Notes under the pieces: generated by a model
Database searches by the model: none
The model's input: only the letters and a program-made list of their open reading frames with translations
Told to the model about the DNA's origin: nothing
NCBI GenBank assembly: GCA_051942205.1
Contig: JAVECO010000099.1
Span: 1 to 64,000 of the forward strand
Source of the DNA: Coniocarpon cinnabarinum
Taxonomy: Eukaryota
DNA length: 64,000 nt
Direction of reading: 5' to 3'
Shown: positions 23,943 through 34,017 of the stretch, one piece after another
Layout of the letters: each line of letters begins with the position of its first letter
Numbering within the stretch: position 1 is the stretch's first letter
Position numbers and translations under genes: made by a program

Positions 23943-25429
23943 ATGTCAAACGCCTTATTTCACATCAAAGAACATGAAGTGCCAGCCTGCCATATTCGCG
24001 AATATGCCGGGTCGACTGCTTCCCGACAAGAGGATGTCCTGCATCTTCACGCTCGTCAGTACATTCCTAGATCTCCACAATGTCCACCTGCGGATGCCGT
24101 GACCCTGGTCGCAGCACATGGAGCTGCTTTACCAAAAGTGAGAAGTCGGCTCTGATGCTTGACCAGTGCGTCCTGACTCATCAACCACCGCAGGAGCTGT
24201 ATGAGCCTCTCTGGGATGAGCTCTTGCAGCGGTCCAGCCAACAAGGCTTCACAATTAGAGCTATCTGGATTGCAGATACGGTCAACTTTGGTCAAAGCGG
24301 CGTCATAAACGAGGACAAGCTGAGCAGTGATTGTAAGCCCAAGTCACATCCACGATGGCGCTTCTGAATGTTACAATGTAAAGCTAATGAGCCTGTAGAC
24401 TCCTGGATGGATCACGCAAGGGATCTTCTACTGTTCATCAATCATTTTCGGCAAGAGATGCCTCGTCCGATTGTTGGCGTTGGTCATAGCTTCGGAGGAA
24501 ACCAAATGTAGGTACAGCTTCTTCTGGCGGCCACGTAAGGCTTTCGTGTTTCTGAGGCAGCAGCGGCTTATCTGACTGTGGAAAGCGTGAATCTGTCCTT
24601 TCTCCATCCTCGCCTGATGACATCCTTGATCTTACTAGACCCCGTCATTCAACTGACGCCCCCATCTATGGGACTTGGATCTGATCCTCCCGGGCTGATA
24701 AATTACACCATTCACAAGCCAGATGTTTTCGCCTCTAGGAAAGCAGGTGCAGAAGCCATTTCTGCTAATCCCATGTTCAAAAAATTTGATCCTCGAGCTC
24801 TCAAGCTTATGGTACAGTATGGTCTCCGCAAGCTGCCAACAGCACTACACCCGGAGCTCACCGATGCAATGAGTCAAGCAGAGCTGCCAGTGACGTATAC
24901 CAGTACCATTCACCAGGATGCATGGACTCAGCTTCGACCAAATTTCCAATCGCGCGACAACGCTGGCCATATCAATATTGATCGCGGAACACATGCCGAC
25001 ATGGATCCGCTAGCTGCGTCGATCCCATTTTATCGTCCAGAGCCGCGTAGCACCTGGTTTCGTTTGCCAAGCCTTAGGCCCTCTGTCTTTTGGCTTCTAG
25101 GCGAAAGGAGCTACCTTGCGCAAGATGAGATTCGAATTGGCATCGCAAGGACCGGCACTGGCATTGGTGGGAGCGGTGGCAAAGCAGAGGGTCGTGTGAG
25201 AGAAGATTACGTGCCGGCTCACGGCCATCTTTTTCCTCTTGAAGCACCCGCTGCGGCTGCTGCGAAATGTGCGACATGGCTTGGGGGGGAAATTGCGCGG
25301 TTTCGAGAGCGTGAAGCGCAGTGGAATCATATGCGCAGTGAGAGGAGGAAAGTCGACGATCTTCATGTGGATCGGCAATGGCGATCAATTATCAAACACC
25401 CTGCGGCGTTCTCGAGAGCAAGGATGTAA
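23943..25429 (+). CDS. Alpha/beta-hydrolase of the MpaH/AKT2/Lpx1-like 'toxin biosynthesis protein' group; C-terminal PTS1-like ARM; 4 exons
   Basis: HIKEHEVPACHIREY, HGAALPK|ELYEPLWDEL, IRAIWIAD, SWMDHARDLL, nucleophile elbow GVGHSFGG, LLDPVIQ, HGHLFPLEAP; ends ...FSRARM*. Confidence 0.88.
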
Positions 25430-25589
25430 GCGAAGAATATGAGAGTTGCAAAGATGAATGTGCAAGTCAAAGGGCTAGTTGCAGCCACGCTTGTTAATAA
25501 TATGTCGACGTTGACAATCAGTGTCTTTATGTGCAACGCGATGCTCCGAACTAGATGCACTTCGGTAGAGAAGATAGCTCATGTTGCAC

Positions 25590-27287
25590 TCATTGCGTGC
25601 CGCATGCTTTGAACTGAATCAATGGACCTTCTTTTCCTACAATGAAATGGTCCTTCATCTTGTACTCTCCATGAGGTCCCACGCCCAGGTGCTCGGTGCC
25701 TGGCGCGAGGCGGATGTCATAGGAATAAAGCACCCTAGCCACACACACGTAGAGCTCGAAAAGAGCGACAGTCCTGCCAATACAAGCTCGCGGTCCAATG
25801 CTGAAGGGCACAAAGGCCTCTCGCTGCCTTGCAAGCACTTCTGACGAGTTGCCCTCACTGGTAATTATTCCTTCGCCCTTTGCGAGCCATCTGCTAGGGT
25901 CATACTCGAATGGTCGATCAAAGTAGCGTTCGCTATGGTGGAGTGCGTATGTTGGAACTCCGACGATGGTCCCTCTTGGGAAGTGATGTCCATAGACGTC
26001 TAGGCCTCCTTCACATACTTCTCGTGGAAGGTGCATAGGAATCGGCGGACACAAGCGCAACGACTCATCAATGCATGCTCGCAAATAAGTGTTTGTTGAA
26101 AGAACATGACCGGACGAGATTTGCTCGACGCTGGCAAAGGACTGCCGAATTGATGCCGTGAGACGGACGAGTACATCTTTGTGATGTGCTAAGAAATACC
26201 AGATGCTGGTCAAGGCCGTATTTGCTGTATCAGATCCTGAATTCGAAGAACTTTAGCTTCAAGGAAGACGCATACAAGCCACGCAGCTGCGATACTCACC
26301 AGCTCCTAAGAGTAATGTCGTCTCTCCCATGAGCTCCGTCTTCGAGTATCCCTCGCCCGTCAGGGGATCACGAGCCTGCTGTAGATAGTGAATGATGTCT
26401 CGACGACCGTTGCTATCTGGTCCCATTGCAAGACGCTTCTCCAACTGTGAACGTGAAAAAGCAATTTGCTTCGCACGACGCTCTTTTTGGCCGTGCATGA
26501 AGATTTGTCCGAGGTTGAGGCGCTTTAACAAGGGCATCTGACCAATTATGTTGTTGAAACTGACATTGACAACCATAAGATCTAAGAAGTATCGATTGTC
26601 GTTTTTGCTCGTAGTCTCAAACGATTTGCCAAACAAAAGTTCACCTAGGCTGTCAAACACAACGTAGGCTGCCCAGTGCCGCATGTCTTTTGGACTGGAC
26701 CAGGTGCCAGTGACTGCACTTTCACTGCGACCGGACGTGTCCCCCAGCGCCCGGCACCATTCCTTGATGACTTCTAGGATGTAGGGCTGAATCTCGCGCA
26801 CAGCCTGATCGGAAAAGACGTGCGACATTACGCGCTTTTTGCGGGCATGCACATTTTTGTCTACAGCGTTGAAGATACTGAGACTGTAGTAAACGCTGTA
26901 CCAGCTGGATTTTTGAACGTTTGCCTTGGACCCATAGATAGGTTCGAGGTACTTCGATTCGCTCAGGGACACATGGTTAGGTCCAAAACGTACGATTTCG
27001 CCGTGCTTTCTGTGCAACTCGTAAAGGTTCGAATGACGAGTTCCTCGAACCGCATGGTAGACAGAGTACAGATTTGTCAGCTTGGCCCAGAATGGTCCGG
27101 GATATTCGGCGAGCGGATGAAGAACTGTTTGGTAAACAACATAGGAAACCCCCTCCCTGGTCAGCTAAGCGCCCGTAATGGATTCATTGCAAGGAGGACT
27201 TACAGTGCCGACAAGGATGGCAAGGAGCAAATTCCTAAGCATCGAAGCTGGATGGTCAGCAAACAAGCTTGTCATGTCGTTCAGCAT
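25590..27287 (-). CDS. Cytochrome P450 monooxygenase; 3 exons
   Basis: N-terminal hydrophobic anchor, HPLAEYPGP, VRFGPNHVS, I-helix LLGAG|SDT, K-helix ESLR, YDPSRW, heme motif FSIGPRACIG. Confidence 0.95.
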
Positions 27288-28398
27288 GATGCGGTCGAGT
27301 TGACGTGGGAGTCTTGCGCGCCTCAAAGTGCTGGATAGTGTAGGAAGGTTGCGATATTCGGAGAAGAGGAGCGGGAGGCGAGCGAGATAGCGACATTGTC
27401 GGATGCCTTGTCTGTCTTCTCAGCATGCCACCGCATGCCCCTGTGGTTGCCTTGCAATCGGACACGGAGGGTGTGGACACATTGTCAGCCGCATGCTGGC
27501 GATCTCCACCTTGTCGAGCGCGAGTCACATGAGACTGCCGCAGTCCCGCAGCTGAAGGCAAGGCGTCGACATGACGATCAAGTCGGGCCAATCGAGCTCT
27601 TCGAGGCAAGCTCAAAGTATTGAGTCTCCACATCATGCTCAGAGCAACGCTGGCTTCGTTCGCAATGGGCCGAAGCTGGACCGAGCCGCCGTGTCGCCGT
27701 TTCACAACACCGTGAGGAGGATATCACACTACATACAGTACATGTACCTATACCTATCACACCCGCACCACCGCGCACCCCAGCATGTCAGTGCAAGACC
27801 GATGCAATCCTCGTGAGCCGCATGACTGCGGAAAGGATCTTGGATCGGTCATCGTTGTGGATTCCTGGTCCAGCAGAGACCAGCAACGGAATTCCAACTG
27901 TCTGCTCGTCGACAGAGCTCCCTCCTGCCTCTGCTGCTGCGGTGCTACGCTGCAACAGCGGCCATGCGGCGCAGGCAACCAATCTCCACATAATCACCCG
28001 CTTCAGCTTGTCAAGGCAGCGAGCGGACGTCGCCTAGGCCGCGATCGCCATGAATCCTGCGCCAGAGCCCGAATACACACAATCACAGTGGTCTCAAAGT
28101 ACCCACCTGCTAAACGTGCCACTGAGCCGCATCAACCTCCTGCGCAGTCATGTGGCATGACGAGCTCACCATGAGAGAATCCAAGTCCTGGCGCTTGCTG
28201 ATCCGGTTGCTCAACGGCTCGGCTCGGCTGAAAGCAATGATCCACATGCATCCTCACAACGCTCGTATCCAGCTTTTGATCTCATGTGCCTTCGCGAAAC
28301 TGTTGGTGCTTATCAATATAGGCGCGCCAGAGCCTGGCTACGTCGATCCATCTTGCCCGCAAGTCTTATGTGACACTTGCTTCGACGAAGCTTGCAAC

Positions 28399-29603
28399 AT
28401 GTCTGCCCCTCCAACTTTGCCCTCTCTATCCCAGGCTTATGTTGAAGAGTATAGCGGTGATTCTCTACGAGATGTGATCATTGCCTTCGCTATTCTCGAG
28501 ATTGTGTTTGTTGGACTTCGCTACATATCGCAAGTCATTGGAACCAGGCCATGGGGCCTCGACGATGGGCTGATGATTCTGGCATTGATCTTCAACTTGG
28601 GACAAATCATCACCTCATTAGGTATGTTCTTCTAGTCCGCCAACAAGCATGGCGCAGGGCGATTACTCATAATGATGCTTGCAGTTAGCCTGCGTTTAGG
28701 AAAAGTCGGCTACCACCTTTTGGCCGTCGAAGAGACGCATCCAGATGCTATTCCGGTATGGGCAAAGACCCTGATCGCAACACCAATAATCTACTCGGTC
28801 GCCGTCTGTCTCCCAAAGCTGGTGCTGCTTCTTTTGTACCATCGTGTCTTCACAACCAGAACTTTCCATATCGCCAACTATCTTGTTATGACCATGGTAA
28901 TTGTGATTGCTCTGGTCGATATATTTTTAGGAGCATTCCAATGCACTCCTGTCAACAAGCTTTGGGATCACACAGTTGAAGGCACATGTATCGACATTCC
29001 CCAGGCTTATCGATACGGCACTCTTCCAAACGCCATAACGGACGTGATGATGCTGGTTCTTCCCTTACCTGTGGTCTGGAAATTGCACACATCAAAGGGA
29101 GTCAAGATCGGTCTCAGCCTTACCTTCCTTACTGGAAGTGTGTGAGTAGTCATTAATATACAGCAAAGTTATATAGAGCTAACAAATCCAGTGGGACGGT
29201 GACATCAGTCATGCGCTGTGTCGCCTTCTTCCAAAACAACCCACTAATAGACGGAACTTGGGCATCTGTGATTTTTCTTCGGTGGAGCATCGTTGAGCCT
29301 GGATGCTATCTCATTGCGGCTTGCCTCCCAACATACCGACCTCTACTTCGATACCTAAAGGAGAAGCTTTCTTCTTCGCAGGCGAACGTTGCGGGTGACA
29401 GCACTTTGCTTACCTGGGTCACTCAAGTTTTCGATAAATGGAGCAAGTCAAGCAGCGCGAGGATTTCGAGTAGCGCCAAGACGGCCCAGAATACTTTTGA
29501 TCTCAACAGTCTCAACGGCCAGCATGCCGGTAAGAAGCAAAGCGATGAAGAGATGCTTGTTAGTGCATCTGGTGAGCCGAGCTCGTCCATTTCACGTCTC
29601 TGA
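28399..29603 (+). CDS. PTH11/SAT4-type (fungal rhodopsin-domain) integral membrane protein without CFEM; 3 exons
   Basis: VGLRYISQ...WGLDDGL, PKLVLLLLYHRVF, FQCTPVNKLWD...GTC, TDVMMLVLPLPVVWKLH...KIGL, WSIVEPGCYLIAACLPTYRPL. Confidence 0.9.
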
Positions 29604-30025
29604 AATCATCTTTGGCTTCGAAGAGTAGAGATGATGGGCCAAATGAGGACTGACAGAAACATTCACCCCACAAATCCATGAACCATGTTTGAATAGTAAT
29701 CACACGCTCACGTAGTATGAGATTATTTTAGGGAATGTGCTGGCTTTTCTTTGGGTCGTTGCTGGTTATGGCTCCGCACAAGCACTAGTCTTGGAGCTAT
29801 AAAGTGCGGTGCACTGTTTTCTATACTTACTCGCGGTGCAATGCATCATCGTCGCAGACCGAAGCTATGTCTCTGAGAAGTGTGCGAGAACCCTAGCATT
29901 TCAGGCTCACGTCGGAAATGTGAATATAAATAAGCTCTTGCCCCGTGCTTATCAGGTTCGCCAGAATTGGCCTCAAATCATAGCATTATCTCATAACGTT
30001 TTATTCTGAATGCGTATTGCGTGTC

Positions 30026-30914
30026 ATGCATTTCTTATGCCTTCATGGTATCGGCACAAACAGTCAAGTAAGTCTTGAAGCATATCTCGACGATTTGAAA
30101 CAATTGACCATTGCTACAGATTTTGGAGACACAGACTGGTGAGTTACATGTTTCTTGTTGTCACCTCTACCCTCATGACCACGCCCGTGCCCTAAACTTT
30201 GAGCAGCTGCACTTCGACATGAGCTCGGAGACGCGTTCACCTTCCACTTTGTTGAAGGGACAATTCCATGCCCCGTGGCGCCTGGTATGTCTTACTTGAT
30301 TGCATAGAATAATCGATCCTTACCGTGGCTCGACAGAAGTTGCGACCTATGTTGACAGCTCAGAGAGCTGCTTTGCATACTTTGATCCTACCAGACCTGA
30401 TACCTTGGTCCAAGCGTTGAATCAACTAGATGACTACATCAGAACTGAGGGTCCGTTTGACGGAATGCTTGCCTACTCTCATGGGGCGCAGCTTGCTGCC
30501 TCATACCTCTCATATCTGCATCAGCGCAGGCCTCGCGACAAGTGCATCAAGTGCGTTGTATTCATCTCAGGCGGTGTGCCGTATGAGCTTGAAGACAATG
30601 TCGTGGGCGTCTGCACCGCAGACAGCCTTGTACCCTTGGTTACTGCTGAAGCAACAAGCACTAGTCTCTACCAGATGAGTCCTCATCGCAACGGCGTGCA
30701 AGTTTATGTCCCAGCTGCGAATATTTGGGGCGAACATGATGAGCTGTATCCGGGTTCGAGCAAAGTATTGAGTCGACTCTGTTGGCAAGACTGGAGCAAG
30801 GTCTTCATACATGGCGGCGGACACGACATTCCAACCATGAAGGCCAAAGACGACTTGTTGGGTTGCGTGAAGACGATCAGGCGCGTTGTAGATTACACAC
30901 GATGCCTGCAGTGA
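30026..30914 (+). CDS. FSH1/LovG-like (DUF341) serine hydrolase; about 4 exons
   Basis: MHFLCLHGIGTNSQ|ILETQT|AALRHELG..., GPFDGMLAYSHGA (Ser), WGEHD (Asp), HGGGHDIP (His). Confidence 0.88.
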
Positions 30915-31105
30915 GGCTGCAGCATCCAATTTCTCCCTCTTGGTCGGCTCTCGTCAGGAAGAACAGTTTTGGCCGACCAGGTGGCTGTGTGTATACTTGC
31001 AGGGAGCACATGCACTAGGGTTAGGGTGTCACAGCGGAGCAGCAGTGTCCGGGTACTGGGAGCTCGGTAGTGTCCGAATGCCCGCGGAGCCAGCTTGTTT
31101 AGCAT

Positions 31106-31331
31106 CACGTCACCGTCAGTATCAATGAAAGCACGTGACTTGGATCATGTATTCAACGGATTTGCTCACAAGGAGATTGATCTTTATTAAGCTCAAGTGC
31201 AAGTCTTAGTTATACTTCAGTCGACGACTGGAAGTTATGTATCAGATATAGTAGCTTGTCTATCATGCGCGAAGCTGGTATAAGTTACTTGACTTAAATC
31301 ACGTGCTTTCATTAATACTGACGGTGACGTG
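31106..31331. mobile_element. MITE-like element / long inverted repeat (36-bp arms, 226 bp total)
   Basis: 31106-31141 cacgtcaccgtcagtatcaatgaaagcacgtgactt versus reverse complement of 31296-31331 cacgtcaccgtcagtattaatgaaagcacgtgattt (34/36). AT-rich non-coding interior; no clear target-site duplication. Confidence 0.6.
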
Positions 31332-32240
31332 GGTCACAAGGCTCACGCGTGGCGCATGCTATTCTCTGCAAGAGGGGAAGATTTGCCTGTGCAGTCCAAG
31401 ATAGGATCCAGTATCTGCGGCGTTGCAGCGATGACCTTCAATTCCTAACCTTGCTGAAAGCATGGTCGGACAATGCCTTGTCTCCACACTGTACAGCCCG
31501 ATCACCCTCTTCACCGACATGGCTCGCACTGCAGCTGAGTGGGTATATTGGGCAGGTGCAACTTCTTGCCGCTGAGGACGCGTATGTTTGCGGCGTAGGT
31601 GGGTAAGCTAGGCGTTGCCTGTCACTCTGCATGATCAGCGCATCGCTGCATCTCCTCTGCTTGCCGTTCTTTGGACAAGTAACGGCGATGATTATGGCAG
31701 GCGGTCAGCTGTGCAGCCCCTTCTCCACAGCGCCTCCCCAAGGGCGTCCTGGGTTGCGTGCTTCTGGGAACGGCTTGCCCATTCGCAACGCTACCGCCGG
31801 TCCATCCCATCCGAAGTACTCCATGGCTGCTCAGTCTGCCTGTTGTGCCTGATCTCCTCCCGCCTTGCATGAAGACATTACGTCTGAGTTCAGCTAACGA
31901 TTGGAGCTGGGAATCTGCACGATGACTGCGGCAATTCAAGGCTTTACGCGGCATGTGCTTGTACTGTTGAGCGGTGCAGGTGTCCGCTTGTCTGAAGTGT
32001 CCAGGGTGTGACCGGTGCATTGAGTAAAGATCGAATGTAGCAGAATGACTGACTTGGGAGACGGGGAAGTCTGTAACGTACGCCTGATTGGTATTCCAGG
32101 GTGGTGAATGAGTGAGGAAACCAAAGGTCCTGAATGTTCGTCTGGCATTCCGTGCTGCTTACTGCTCATCGCGAAGCCAGTACCTATCTTGACATCGGAG
32201 ACTGATCATCCAGAAGAGGCTTATAGCCCTGATTATTGCA

Positions 32241-33697
32241 ATGGTGACCACGGAAGACCACGATTCACTGTTTCTGCAAAGTGGCACACCACGTGATTGT
32301 TTAGAGGAGTCGGTATTGACTGATGCTCCGCAAACACATGCGGCTTCCGAAGATGACTGGCGGGCCTGGGTGCAATGCGCTGGCTGCTTTGTTCTGTTCC
32401 ATAACTCATGGGGTCTTATCAACTCTTTTGGTGAGCCAACAGTCAACACTCCACCCCATAGATGGCAATACTGAACAACGATGTAGGGGCGTATCAAGAG
32501 TTCTATCAGGATGAACTCATTTCATATGAGAGTTCGTCCAACATCTCGTGGATCGGATCCCTTCAAGCCTTCCTCCTTATATTTGGAATTGTGGTCTGTG
32601 GACCTGCGTTCGACCTTGGTCATGCGCGTGGCATGATTATCTTGGGAAGCTTGCTCGTTGTGTTTGGCATGATGATGACCAGTGTTAGCCACGAGTACTG
32701 GCAGTTTCTGCTGTCTCAGGGTCTCGTCGTGGGCATGGGGAATGCCTGTCTGTTTCTGCCAAGTGTTGCCATCTTACCAGCATATTTCACACGACGCCGA
32801 GCTCTCGCAATGGGTATTTCCGCAGCAGGTAGTAGTATAGGTACACGCCCCATCCTCTGTGAAACGTTTGCTACTAACAAGATTGTAGGAGGCACTCTAT
32901 ACGACATTGTCTTCCATCTTCTCCAACCTCACATTGGCTTTGGTTGGACGACTCGAATTATTGCTTTCATTATCCTCGGTCTGCAGGTCTTGCCGTTGTC
33001 TACTCTAAAGCAGCGATCAAGACCACCTAGAGTGCGCCGCATATGGGATTCATCAGCTCTCACGGAAATTTCGTTCATTGCTCATGGTTGTACTACGTTC
33101 TTTGCCTTTGCAGGCTTCTACATTCCATTCTTTTATGTGCAAGGCTTTGCGCAGAAGGCGGAAATCATCAGCGGGAAACTCAACTTCTATCTATTGGCGT
33201 TAATCAATGCTGGTTCGTTCGTAGGTCGCATAGTAAGTCCCCCTGAAGTAAACCTTCTGGAACAGTGAAAACACTACTGACGAAGCTATGAGATCTTTCC
33301 GTATGTTGCGGATGCGGCGGGTGTCGTCAACACCGTTATTCCTTCATTGGTGCTCACTGCGGTCGTCTGCTTCTCCTGGATTGGCGTCGCCTCACAGAAC
33401 GGACTACTGGCATTCAGTGTGCTTTATGGATTCTTCTCCGGTGCTTTCATCGCGCTTAATTCGGCAGTTATTGTGTTATTGTGTCCAGATTTGAGCGTTT
33501 TGGGCACGCGCATGGGCATGTTGGCGATTCCGATGTCGTTAGGGCTGCTGGTCGGCACACCTATCGCAGGGTCACTGTTGCATTCAGGGTACCTCTCACT
33601 TCAGCTTTTCTGCGGCGCGACTGTCGTTGTGGCTATTTTGACCACTGTCATCACTAGAGTTGGCTTAAAGGGCTTTCGCATTCTCATTCGGATCTGA
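32241..33697 (+). CDS. MFS monocarboxylate-porter-like (MCT/Mch) transporter, probable cluster efflux pump; multi-exon (start uncertain)
   Basis: AWVQCAGCFVLFHNSWGLINSFG|AYQEFY, SSNISWIGSLQ, YWQFLLSQGL, YFTRRRALAMGISAAGSSIG, GFGWTTR, GTRMGM. Confidence 0.9.
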
Positions 33698-34017
33698 ACA
33701 GTCCACGTTGCGATCTAAGAGGCGGGCAAGAGATACTTGCCTTATTTGAACACCTTGTGTCATTTGGGATAGGATTATTTTTTGGCACGGGTTCACGCAC
33801 ACAAGCTGGATCAAACGGGCGAAATCAAACGAGAGCCTGTGCGCTACAATCTTTCGATGCGTACTTGTGAACCGTATAAAGAATGGTAATGATGATGCCG
33901 GCGAGTCTGCACTCTTGCCTTTTGAGCGTCATTCCAAAGCTTAATGGACCAGACTTGTTGGTGTCATCGATGGTACAATGGTGGCTTAATTGAAGCTTGC
34001 CTGAACGTTTTCTTCAC

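Noticed and set aside
23034..28398. Search for a shared CGG-type Zn2Cys6 motif in the two divergent cluster promoters
   Set aside because: Scattered CGG/CCG triplets but no consistent spacing by eye; needs MEME-type analysis.
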